Under the pieces are notes generated by a model, which was given only the letters and a program-made list of their open reading frames with translations, was not told the DNA's origin and searched no databases. This document shows positions 9,864-20,147 of a DNA stretch of 64,000 bases, in pieces (position 1 is the stretch's first letter; each line of letters opens with the position of its first letter). Position numbers and translations under genes: made by a program. This DNA comes from Candidatus Poribacteria bacterium (GTDB lineage Bacteria > Poribacteria > WGA-4E > WGA-3G): positions 512,001 to 576,000 of the forward strand of contig CAXXUA010000004.1 of the NCBI GenBank assembly GCA_963663765.2, given 5' to 3'.

Positions 9864-11849
9864 ATGAAAATGGACACAATAAAAGAAGCACGTTACAATC
9901 TTGGGATTGCATATTTAGACGATGCACAGTATAAAGAAGCAATATCTGAATTTGATGCTATCATCAAGATGGATTCAGAATTCATTGATGCGCATTGTGG
10001 ACTCTGCCGCGCTTATTTAGGATTGAATGAACTGGATAACGCGGAAGATACTGCCAAAACAGCAATAGCATTGAATTCTGATTATGCACCAGCAATTTCA
10101 TTGATTGATGAGATAACAAATGGTCACTACAATAACGGTATAACCAATTTAAACAATCAAAGATACTATGATGCTGTTACCACTTTTCAAAAAGTCACCT
10201 CCTTGAAATCAGATTACAAAGAGGTTAACTATTATCTTGGACGCACCTATATTGAACTTAAGCAATTTGACAATGCCATTAGTTTTCTACAATCCGCATT
10301 AGATTCAGGCAAAGCAATGAACGATGTTCATTATCATCTTGGTCGCGTTTATGTTGAACAAAGAGAATTTGACAAAGCAATTCATCATCTTGAACAATCC
10401 ATCCAATATGACCCAAATCTCAAAGAAGCACACTACAATCTCGCGCATGCTTATAGAGAAACCGGGAATTTAGAAGCCGCAACCAATGCCGCAAATGAAA
10501 CATTAAGATTAGATTCAAACTATCAACCAATCCATAATCTTGTAGAAGGAATAAAACAGACACACTATAACAAGGGTATCGCATATCTTAAGGATGAACG
10601 ATATAGCGATGCTGTCGCATCATTTCAAAATGTAATAACACTTGATTCAGGTTATACTGCAGCACAATTTAATCTCGGTATTGCATACCTGAAATTGGAA
10701 AACTACTCGCGTGCTGTTGATGTACTGCAGAAAACAATCAGCCTTGACCGGACACATAAAGCCGCATACCATGCACTCGCCCTCGCACATTTCGGGCAGC
10801 ATGAGTTAGAAAAAGCAAGAAACGCTGCAAAAGAAGCATTAGATATTGATCCAAATTATCAACCGGTACGTTCATTTTTAGAAGCAATTGACCCCACTTT
10901 CACACATTTAACTATACCTAATACTAAAGAACCGGATGATGCTATCAAGTCAACAGATATAGACGACACTGGTGAAAAAACCCAAACTGCGGATGAAATA
11001 ATAGAGGAAATTGATGAAGATAACCCAATTGAAAAAGATACTCAACCGACACAAAAAACAACAAATCCCCAGAAAACCTCTGATGAAAATCCTGATATTT
11101 CAAAGGAATTATATCGTGGTAAGATATATTTAAACAGTAGTCAATATAACCAAGCTGTAGATGCATTTAAACGGATAATAAAAACAGATCCAAATTGTAT
11201 TGATGCGTACTACGGTTTGGGAAAGGCATATTTAGAGAGCGGCGCATTTGATGATGCAAAAGCTGCTGCTGAAGCAGCGTTACAACTAAATCCTCAGCAT
11301 CAACCTTCACGCGAACTACTGCGGGGGATTAAATACATTGAGAATTTGAATAGGAAACAGAAAAAAAGAAGAAAAATTGTCATTGTAGGTCTAATCGTAT
11401 TGTTAACTGCTTTTGCTGCGTTTGCAGCGTATAGTTTTGTGATTATCCCATTTATGAAACAGAGTAAACCAAGAGAAAATGGTCCCATCACTCCAAAATT
11501 ATCTGTCAATTCTAAATTAGTAGAACAATCAGGTAATGGATTCATTGATGCTGGTGAAGAAGCTCAATTAATCTTAACAGTCTCAAACAAAGGTAGTATA
11601 GCAAAAAATGTTAAGATCATGTTAAATTCAATGTCATTCAAGGGTTTAGAATTTGATTTATCAGAAAACAGGTATGATATTAAAACAAATAAAATTATCA
11701 GAATACCGATTACTGCAGATAGAAACTTGAAGGGATATAGAAAGACCTTAGATGTTGATATGCTGGATAACAAAGGAAAAACGCTTGCAGAAACAAGTAT
11801 ATCAATCGTGACGCAACCAAAAGTACCAGGGCCTGACCCCCAAAGATAA
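9864..11849 (+). CDS. Tetratricopeptide-repeat membrane protein
   Basis: Many TPR units (YNLG.AY...A), acidic linker, KKRRK followed by a TM helix, C-terminal beta-rich domain. Confidence 0.88.
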   Translation: MKMDTIKEARYNLGIAYLDDAQYKEAISEFDAIIKMDSEFIDAHCGLCRAYLGLNELDNAEDTAKTAIALNSDYAPAISLIDEITNGHYNNGITNLNNQRYYDAVTTFQKVTSLKSDYKEVNYYLGRTYIELKQFDNAISFLQSALDSGKAMNDVHYHLGRVYVEQREFDKAIHHLEQSIQYDPNLKEAHYNLAHAYRETGNLEAATNAANETLRLDSNYQPIHNLVEGIKQTHYNKGIAYLKDERYSDAVASFQNVITLDSGYTAAQFNLGIAYLKLENYSRAVDVLQKTISLDRTHKAAYHALALAHFGQHELEKARNAAKEALDIDPNYQPVRSFLEAIDPTFTHLTIPNTKEPDDAIKSTDIDDTGEKTQTADEIIEEIDEDNPIEKDTQPTQKTTNPQKTSDENPDISKELYRGKIYLNSSQYNQAVDAFKRIIKTDPNCIDAYYGLGKAYLESGAFDDAKAAAEAALQLNPQHQPSRELLRGIKYIENLNRKQKKRRKIVIVGLIVLLTAFAAFAAYSFVIIPFMKQSKPRENGPITPKLSVNSKLVEQSGNGFIDAGEEAQLILTVSNKGSIAKNVKIMLNSMSFKGLEFDLSENRYDIKTNKIIRIPITADRNLKGYRKTLDVDMLDNKGKTLAETSISIVTQPKVPGPDPQR

Positions 11850-11863
11850 AGGAGTCAATAACT

Positions 11864-13762
11864 ATGGAATCAAGAGATTGGGGAATTATCGGTGGAGCAG
11901 TACTTGTACTTGGATTATTATACTTTTTTATGGGTAGTTCAAAGAGTGTGGAAGTTCACTATCAAGATGCTGAAAACTTATATAAGCACAGAAATTACAA
12001 GCAAGCCATAGAAAATTATAACAAAGCAATTAAGCTGTCTAAGAAAATTGGTACCAGATCTGAAATAATTGATAGAGATTTTCCCGCTTTAGCGAACTAC
12101 AAAATTGCACTTTGTTATGACAAACTCGCTGAGACAACAAAAGAGGGGAATTATCATGAAAAAGCAATATCGCATATTCGAAAAACGTTAAATGAAACGG
12201 ATGCTTACAAACACAGAGAAAACTTATACTATCTCTGGGCACAAGTACTGTACAAAAGCAACAGTTTTCAAGAGGCAGAAGCAAAATTCTCATATTTTAT
12301 TAATGAATATCCAAATAGTATAAATGTTGTAGAAGCTCTAAATTACATTGGTACGATAAATCTTAATTCCGCTAACAACTCAAAAGCACAAGCAGCTTTT
12401 AACAGAATCATAGATGAATTTCCTACTTCAAAATATCGTAATGATGCTGAAAACCATGTCGCTCAATTGTTAGTTGAAAATAAAAATATTCCGCTCCCAT
12501 ATCCAGAAGATGAGAAAATGTACACTGCTGCCCTTGAGGAATTCAAAAAGAATGCACACTATGAAGCATATAGACTTTTCTTCACTATTATAAAACAGTA
12601 TCCTAATAGTAAATATGTTACTTTTGCCTATGAGGGAATCGGAGATATTTATTCTGAAGCAGAAAATTTTGTTAAAGCGAGAGAGTTCTATGATAATGCC
12701 AAGAATAAGACATCTGACATAAATAGAATTGATAAGTTAGGAAATAAGAAAGATCGTACCTTTCTTGTTCCAGCGACATCAGATTTAAAAATTCAACCAA
12801 AACTAAATTCGGAAATGTTCATAAAACCAATACTACTCCGAAAAGAAGGTAAATACTTTGAAGCCGCACTTTTATTTGAACAACTTTCAAAGAGTGAAAT
12901 ACCCTCTGAAGATGTAATATATGCACTCTATTGGGGTGGTTACTGTTATTATAAGTATTATAAGGTTGATACGTTAGATCAAAATATGTTAAGCAAATCT
13001 GCTGAGTTATTCAGTAGAATCACAAGAGAATATGGAGATAGATTAGAAAGTACACAAACATACTATTATCTTGCTTCTGTATATTCAGACTGGGGTAAAA
13101 TACTTGGTGGTGACATATCAAAATATCAATTGGTTATCCAAACTGTGAATATGGCAGAGGAGAAATTTGGTGATAATCTGAATTCATCTGATCAGAAATG
13201 GATGAGGGAAATGAAAAAATTCAAACAGGAAGCACTAACAAAAATTGATCCGCCTGAACCTTCCGAACCAGATTCTGTTCCGGTTATAGTAAATTTAGTA
13301 AGCGAAGGATACAAATTTCTAAATCAAGGTAATCTTGACTCTGCAGAAAAGATGGCATTAGATGCTTTGAATGCGGATCGTAATAATAAAAGAGCGTATC
13401 AGCTATTATCCGACATAAAAACTAAACACTATGATTTAGGTTGGGATTTTCTTGATGCAGAAGAATACAAAGCGGCAATTGCTAAGTTTGAAAATTGTAT
13501 AAGAATAGATCCTGAATTTAAAAAAGCATATTGTAACTTAGGAGTGACTTTCATATATCAAGAAGAATATAGTAAAGCTATAAATGAACTTAATATGGCT
13601 ATATACATTGACTCAGAGTACAAAGAAGCTTATTTCAATATTGGTCTTGCCTATTTAAGACTCGGTATGTTTGATAACGCAAAAAATGCTGCGGAAAAAG
13701 CATTAGAAATCGATCCTAAATATGAAGCAGCAAGAGTTCTAAGGAATTCAATCGCAGATTAA
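11864..13762 (+). CDS. TPR protein with N-terminal membrane anchor (BamD/CpoB-like repeats)
   Basis: TM segment; repeated I.EYP.S motifs; C-terminal TPRs. Confidence 0.85.
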   Translation: MESRDWGIIGGAVLVLGLLYFFMGSSKSVEVHYQDAENLYKHRNYKQAIENYNKAIKLSKKIGTRSEIIDRDFPALANYKIALCYDKLAETTKEGNYHEKAISHIRKTLNETDAYKHRENLYYLWAQVLYKSNSFQEAEAKFSYFINEYPNSINVVEALNYIGTINLNSANNSKAQAAFNRIIDEFPTSKYRNDAENHVAQLLVENKNIPLPYPEDEKMYTAALEEFKKNAHYEAYRLFFTIIKQYPNSKYVTFAYEGIGDIYSEAENFVKAREFYDNAKNKTSDINRIDKLGNKKDRTFLVPATSDLKIQPKLNSEMFIKPILLRKEGKYFEAALLFEQLSKSEIPSEDVIYALYWGGYCYYKYYKVDTLDQNMLSKSAELFSRITREYGDRLESTQTYYYLASVYSDWGKILGGDISKYQLVIQTVNMAEEKFGDNLNSSDQKWMREMKKFKQEALTKIDPPEPSEPDSVPVIVNLVSEGYKFLNQGNLDSAEKMALDALNADRNNKRAYQLLSDIKTKHYDLGWDFLDAEEYKAAIAKFENCIRIDPEFKKAYCNLGVTFIYQEEYSKAINELNMAIYIDSEYKEAYFNIGLAYLRLGMFDNAKNAAEKALEIDPKYEAARVLRNSIAD

Positions 13763-13861
13763 CACTCCATTTTGCAACAAATATATTTACAAAAAGACTT
13801 ATTTAGATACATTAGATCATCAAATAGATTCTAATCATAATCCATTTAAGGAGTTCACTCA

Positions 13862-16345
13862 ATGCATAAATATTACAAATTTTTCGTTGTATTTCTATTA
13901 ATAGTTTTTACACCTTTACATACAGTGAATAGTCAAGAGGCAACACGGTATAATTTACCAGATGGTGCAATTGAACGTTTTGGAAAAGGTTGGGTTAGAG
14001 ACATAGAATTTTCTCCAAATGGAGAGAAATTTGCTGTAGCTACTACAATTGGTATTTTGATTTACGACAGTCGCACTGGTCAAGAAAAAATCTTAATTGA
14101 AGATTCAATGAGTTCCGGAGCTGAAGCACTCTCATATTCACCAACTGGTAATATCCTTGCAGTTGCTCATGAAGATTATACTATACGTCTATGGAATCCA
14201 AACTTTCAAAACCAGCAAAAACCAATCCCTACATTAAGAGGACATACAGACAGAATTCTCGCAATTAGATTCTCACCTGATGGGAAAATATTAGCAAGTG
14301 CAAGTGCAGACAGTTCTATTCGCCTTTGGAATCCGTATGGTCTTACTGATGAAGATAAACTCATAGCAATATTACCTTATAAAGCACCAGTTCGAGCAAT
14401 AGCATTCTCACCTGATAACCAACTGTTGGTGGGAGGGAGCGACGATGGAAAAATTCAAGTATGGGATTCTGGTACTGGTGATCTAATCTATAACTTCAAA
14501 GGACATGAAGAAGCTGTCCAAGCTGTCGATTTCTCAACGACTCGAACTGAACTTGCAAGTGCAGGAATTAATGGAAGAGTATTCTTGTGGAGTTTAATTG
14601 GAGAAGGTGTAAGACAAAACACCACTATACAACACAATACGGATATTTATGATTTGAAATTTTCTCCTGATGGTAATATACTTGCAACTGGTGCTGCTGA
14701 CAGATTAATTAGAATATGGAACAAGAATGCTCCAAATAAAAACACACCCCTAAAAGGACACGAAGACATTGTTTCCAATTTAGATTTCTCACCCGATGGT
14801 ACGGCGATCGTGAGCGGTAGTCCTGATGGAAGAATTCTTTTTTGGGATAGAATTGGTGAGCGAATTCGATATAAAATACTCGGACATACGGGAGGTATAA
14901 AAGCGTTAACCTACACAAACGATAACCGTATCCGAGCATGTGGCGCGGGCATAGATGGAAAACTACGTATATGGGATGCTGGGACCAGTAGCTCACTTTC
15001 AATTCTTCGTGAACATATTGGACTTACACAGGCAGTTACATTCTCAAACGATGGAAAAACCATTGCATCCGGCGGCAGTCAGGATGGAACTATTTTCTTA
15101 TCTAATGTATCTAAAGTCCTTGAATCAAGAGTTGAATTTAATGATGATAGTTTACTCAAGATATTAACCGGAAATAGACACGGAATCACTGCACTTGCGA
15201 TTACACCAGAAAATAAAACGATTGCAACAGGGGGCGATGATGGGAGAATACACATAATTGACCATGAATCTAATAAGAAATTGGTAGAACTGAAGGGACC
15301 TCAGTACAGGATTTCTGCATTGACATTTGGACTTGATAGTACCCGTCTATTCAGCGGCGAAGAAAACGGAACCGTTCGACAATGGAACAGCCTTACAGGA
15401 GAAGAAATTGGTGACGGTTTTAACGGTTCTTTTGGTGCAATTTCTGCTTTAGCATACTCGACTATCAGTAAATATCTTGCTGTTGGTGATAGAAATGGTA
15501 AGATACAATTCTATAATCCTGTCACTAATAACAGAAAAAAGATGGAATTCCAAACTCCACATCGCAGTAAAGTAACCGTTCTCATTTTTTCTAAAGACGG
15601 TAATACATTGGTGAGTGGTAGCGAAAACGGTACCATCATTCTGTGGGATATGAAAAGGGTCAATCATAGTCCTGAAGAAGTTGCTAAAATTGCGCCAAAA
15701 GGTAGAATCCATCCCATAAATGAACGAATAAACATTCCTAACAAGAATGAATTGACTGCAACAAAAATCGCTAAGATAGCTCGCTCTGCAACAGTAAATA
15801 TAATTACGCTTAATGTTAACAAAGATACTATAGGACAAGGAAGTGGATTTTTCATTAGTAATAACAAAATCGCAACTAACTATCATGTGGTTGATGGCGC
15901 GTCTTCAATATATGTTCGAATAGTTGACAAAGAAAGGTTGTACCGTGTAGAAAGTATCGTTGCTACGGACAAACCGCATGATCTTGCTATTTTAAAAGTT
16001 ACTGGTATAACTGTTCCAGTACTGACACTTGCTAATAGTGATAGTATTGAAATTGGTGAAAATGTCTACGCTGTGGGGAATCCTGGAGGATTAGAAGGCA
16101 CATTTTCACAGGGGATTATAAGCAGTATCCGCGGAAAAAATCCTAACAAATGGATCCAAATTACTGCAGCAATTTCACCAGGAAGTAGTGGTGGTGCTGT
16201 TCTCAACAGTAAAGGTGAAGTAATTGGAATAGCAACATCAGCGCACTTCAATATTGATCCAAAATTGAAAGTTAATCGTTCTCAAAATATAAATTTCGCA
16301 GTTCCTTCAAATTACCTAAAAACATTGCTTAGTAAAGTAAAATGA
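13862..16345 (+). CDS. Secreted WD40-repeat protein fused to a C-terminal trypsin-like serine protease
   Basis: Signal peptide, NLPDGAIERFGKG motif, WD repeats, then GSGF, TNYHV, HDLAIL, GSSGG catalytic triad motifs. Confidence 0.92.
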   Translation: MHKYYKFFVVFLLIVFTPLHTVNSQEATRYNLPDGAIERFGKGWVRDIEFSPNGEKFAVATTIGILIYDSRTGQEKILIEDSMSSGAEALSYSPTGNILAVAHEDYTIRLWNPNFQNQQKPIPTLRGHTDRILAIRFSPDGKILASASADSSIRLWNPYGLTDEDKLIAILPYKAPVRAIAFSPDNQLLVGGSDDGKIQVWDSGTGDLIYNFKGHEEAVQAVDFSTTRTELASAGINGRVFLWSLIGEGVRQNTTIQHNTDIYDLKFSPDGNILATGAADRLIRIWNKNAPNKNTPLKGHEDIVSNLDFSPDGTAIVSGSPDGRILFWDRIGERIRYKILGHTGGIKALTYTNDNRIRACGAGIDGKLRIWDAGTSSSLSILREHIGLTQAVTFSNDGKTIASGGSQDGTIFLSNVSKVLESRVEFNDDSLLKILTGNRHGITALAITPENKTIATGGDDGRIHIIDHESNKKLVELKGPQYRISALTFGLDSTRLFSGEENGTVRQWNSLTGEEIGDGFNGSFGAISALAYSTISKYLAVGDRNGKIQFYNPVTNNRKKMEFQTPHRSKVTVLIFSKDGNTLVSGSENGTIILWDMKRVNHSPEEVAKIAPKGRIHPINERINIPNKNELTATKIAKIARSATVNIITLNVNKDTIGQGSGFFISNNKIATNYHVVDGASSIYVRIVDKERLYRVESIVATDKPHDLAILKVTGITVPVLTLANSDSIEIGENVYAVGNPGGLEGTFSQGIISSIRGKNPNKWIQITAAISPGSSGGAVLNSKGEVIGIATSAHFNIDPKLKVNRSQNINFAVPSNYLKTLLSKVK

Positions 16346-16357
16346 ACCTTAAAACAA

Positions 16358-16401
16358 TCAAAGGTAGAGTTGGATGTTTATCATTCCTACTCTACCTTTG
16401 A
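16358..16401. terminator. Hairpin between convergent genes, probable bidirectional terminator
   Basis: TCAAAGGTAGAG...CTCTACCTTTGA inverted repeat. Confidence 0.6.
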
Positions 16402-16441
16402 TACAGATTCTCTGAAATTATAGTTTTTTAGTACATCTACA

Positions 16442-17212
16442 CTACTCCTTAATCACAAAGAACTTCTCCTCCTTAATCTGTTCTTCTGAGAACCGCGCAC
16501 GCGTCCATATCGCCTTAGAATTCTCAATCATCTGTGGATGTCCGCATGCATACACAACCGAATTTGTATGGTCAAAACCCATCTGATCCCCATATTTCCG
16601 TATAACATCCTCTGCACGTCCACTTTCACCTTCCCAATCTGTATCTTCCCAAGGACGACTCACCGTCGGAACAAACGAAAACCACTCCTCCTGTGCAGCA
16701 AGCTCATTCATTTCATCCATATAATACCCCAGTTCCCATGAACGACTCGCACCAACAATCACAAGAATCTGATGTGGACTTGATTTTCCCTGTTCCTGCT
16801 CAATTTTCTGAGTGCGTGCAATACTAATATAGGGTGCAGCTCCAGTGACCGTACCTGCCATTACGTGACGCGTCATACCGCTTTCCGTATCCATTACAAA
16901 CTTTCCAACAAGACGATCCCTAATGAACACTTTATCACCAAGTTTCAATTCCCAAAACAGAGGAGTCGTCGCACCCTCAGGCACCAGCTCCACAAATACT
17001 TCCATAAATGGTTCGTGCGGAGACGAGACAATTGAATAGGGACGTTGTACAATCTTTTCATTAATCTCAAATCCAATTGTAGCATATTGTCCCGGAATGA
17101 AAGGGAGTTGTTGGTCAGTCTTGAATTTAAAAGCAGCTAAATCTTCCGAAAAATCTTCACGTTCAATAAGTTCACCCATACAGTAACGCGATCTGGAACT
17201 TCTTCTTTGCAT
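16442..17212 (-). CDS. fpr: Ferredoxin-NADP+ reductase
   Basis: PGQY, RPYSIVS, GA.TP, SR, YACGHPQM, EKF. Confidence 0.9.
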   Translation of the reverse strand: MQRRSSRSRYCMGELIEREDFSEDLAAFKFKTDQQLPFIPGQYATIGFEINEKIVQRPYSIVSSPHEPFMEVFVELVPEGATTPLFWELKLGDKVFIRDRLVGKFVMDTESGMTRHVMAGTVTGAAPYISIARTQKIEQEQGKSSPHQILVIVGASRSWELGYYMDEMNELAAQEEWFSFVPTVSRPWEDTDWEGESGRAEDVIRKYGDQMGFDHTNSVVYACGHPQMIENSKAIWTRARFSEEQIKEEKFFVIKE

Positions 17213-17302
17213 ATTCTCTTCCTTGATAGTTTTAGTTTGTGGTTTCTATTTACCTCCCATATATTATACTTAAAACACTATTCTTTATCAAATATTTTTT
17301 AA

Positions 17303-17425
17303 CAGGGTTATTAAGTTTTCCTAATGTTCAGATTATATAAAAAGAGAAATCCCCTCGGTAGGAGCAACCTACCGGTCGCGATTTACACATCTAACGCGTA
17401 AAACGCGTAAAACTAAATAAACCTG
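17303..17425. mobile_element. MITE-like element with GTAG REP inside
   Basis: TIR CAGGGTTATTAAGTTTT / AAAACTAAATAAACCTG; internal GGTAGGAGCAACCTACCGGTCGCGA. Confidence 0.6.
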
Positions 17426-17559
17426 ATTTATTAATAACAGGACATACGTAAAAACGGTAGGCGCGCTTTGATGAAGATAAAAAAATACTTGGGTAATTCT
17501 CCTAATCCAGCCACGGTAGGCGTGCTTTGTAAACGAGTGGACACATCAAGTCCTAAGAG

Positions 17560-18190
17560 CGCGCTTACAAAGCACGCCTACAATCGGGGGCGCGCTTACA
17601 AAGCACGCCTACAATCGGGGACGCGCTTACAAAGCACGCATACAATCGGAGACGCGCTTACAAAGCACGCCTACAATCGGGGACGCGCTTACAAACCACG
17701 CCTACAATCGGGCGCGCTTACAAAGCACGCATACAATCGGGGACGCGCTTACAAACCACGCCTACAATCGGGCGCGCGCTTACAAACCACGCATACAACC
17801 GGGGACGCGCTTACAAACCACGCATACAATCGGGGACGCGCTTACAAACCACGCATACCAGCGGGGACGCGCTTACAAACCACGCATACAATCGGGGACG
17901 CGCTTACAAACCACGCATACAATCGGGGACGCGCTTACAAACCACGCATACAATCGGGGACGCGCTTACAAACCACGCATACCAGCGGGGACGCGCTTAC
18001 AAACCACGCATACAATCGGGGACGCGCTTACAAACCACGCATACAATCGGGGACGCGCTTACAAACCACGCATACAATCGGGGACGCGCTTACAAACCAC
18101 GCATACAATCGGGGACGCGCTTACAAACCACGCATACCAGCGGGGACGCGCTTACAAACCACGCATACAATCGGGGACGCGCTTACAAAG
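17560..18190. repeat. Tandem array of 21 copies of a 31-bp REP-derived unit
   Basis: Unit CGCGCTTACAAA(G/C)CACGC(C/A)TACAATCGGGGA; period 31 (one 29); same core as the REP inside MITE A. Confidence 0.95.
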
Positions 18191-20147
18191 CACCAAATCA
18201 ACGGTATGAATCATGGAGCATGCCACACGCGCATGCTTCCTTAGGCATTCCCCGCCTAACGTCTGAAAAATATTTATTACCCGATTAATAAATTAATCTT
18301 CATACGGGATAATAAATTAATCTTCATACGGGAGTAAAAAGCGATGTTTATGTTTCAATAATCTAAAATTGATGTATAAAGTTCGGTTAGGAAAATGTAC
18401 CTGTGTATTAACTTTCAGTAATTCTCAATAACAGAAAACTCTTAAAACTGAATAACCTTGCGAGATTGCCATATTACTTGAGAACTAATAAACACTATGA
18501 TATACTTTAGCACAATTGAAGTGAAACAAAACCGTAGGATCTCAACCACCCATAAAGGAATCTATAGATGAAGAATAGATTATTCAAGATGTTAGGATTG
18601 TTGATTGTAATCTTTGCAATTAAGACCCTTGGTTATGCACAAGACTACTCACAATGGCATCTACCACACGGTGCAACATTACGCATCGGCAAAGGGGAAA
18701 TCAACGATGTCGCATTTACCTCAGATGGAAATAAATTAGCAATCGCATCAGACATCGGTGTATGGATTTACAACGCACATACAGGTGCAGAAATTATAAT
18801 GTTGAAAGTACGTCCTCGTGGTGTTAATACGGCACATTGTATCACTTTTTCACCAGATAACAAAACGCTTGCAATTGGAAACTATGTGTTTGGGGGTGCT
18901 GTCGAATTGTGGGACACCGAGAAAGGAGAACTTATCTCTGTATTAAATGAAGATGTAGGAAGTGTGGAGGAATTAGTGTTTTCACCTGATGGCAAAATGC
19001 TTGCTTGTGCAAGTTGGTACCGCAATGTCATTTACCACATGTGGGAAGTAGAATCTGGTCGTGAGATGTTTCATTTTGTTGGGGAACAAGACACACTATA
19101 TAACGGATTAGCACTATCACCTGATGCGTTCTCTGTTGCAAGTGCTGCTAAAGAGGGTGTATATCTTTGGGATGCGACCAAAGGACAACTTAAACACACA
19201 TTAGTTCCTGGACAAGCGTGGTCATTAGGTTTCTCAACAGATAGTAAAACGCTTATCGGTGGGAGAACAACCCTAAACTCCTGGGATGTTGAATCAGGTA
19301 AGGAATTAACTGAATATAAAGAACATACTCGAAATGTTGAAGATATCGTCTTTTCTCCTGATGGCAAAACGTTCGCAAGTGGCGATACCGGCGGAAATAT
19401 CATCTTATGGAAGTTTGATCAACCTAATAAACAGATAGTTGACAAGGCAAAGAAACTTTCACTACCCAAAGTCCTAAAACCATTCACAGGTGACAAAAAG
19501 CAAAAAAACGACAATAAACTAATTAGACATAAGTTGACTGGACATACACTTCCAATCAGTGGATTAGATTTTACAGCAGATAGCAAAAAACTTGCTAGTG
19601 GTTCTGATGACGGAACTGCAAAGATTTGGAATGTTACAACAGGAAAAGAAATCCTAACAATTCAAGGACATACAGGCACAGTGAATATGTTGAAGATTTC
19701 TGCTGATGGAAAAACACTTTATTCTGCTTCGTCAGATGGAATCATAAGGTTGTATAATTTAGAGACCCAAGACGAACAACTCATACAAACCAAACAACCA
19801 TGGCATGCCTGGGATGCTGCTATCTCAAACGATGAAAAGTTAGTAGCAACAGGATGTTGGGGGGAAGTTAGAATCTGGGACATAGAAAAACAGGAATTCT
19901 ACGAACCGATGAAAAAAGATGGTAATTTTGCAACCGCAATTGCATTCTCTCCCGATAACAAAATTATTGCAAGTGGCCACTGGAAGGGAAAAGTTAGATT
20001 ATGGGATGTTGAAAACCTGCGTTTACACACCGAACTTGATGGACATACGGAAGACATCAACGATGTAGTATTTTCACCAGATGGTAAGAGTTTCGCAAGT
20101 GCAAGTAAAGATGGTACTGCATATATGTGGAATCTTGAAACTATGAA

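Noticed and set aside
17468-18244. 258-aa repetitive ORF, or a CRISPR array
   Set aside because: The ORF is a by-product of the stop-free 31-bp repeat. Units are contiguous without unique spacers, and no cas genes are present.
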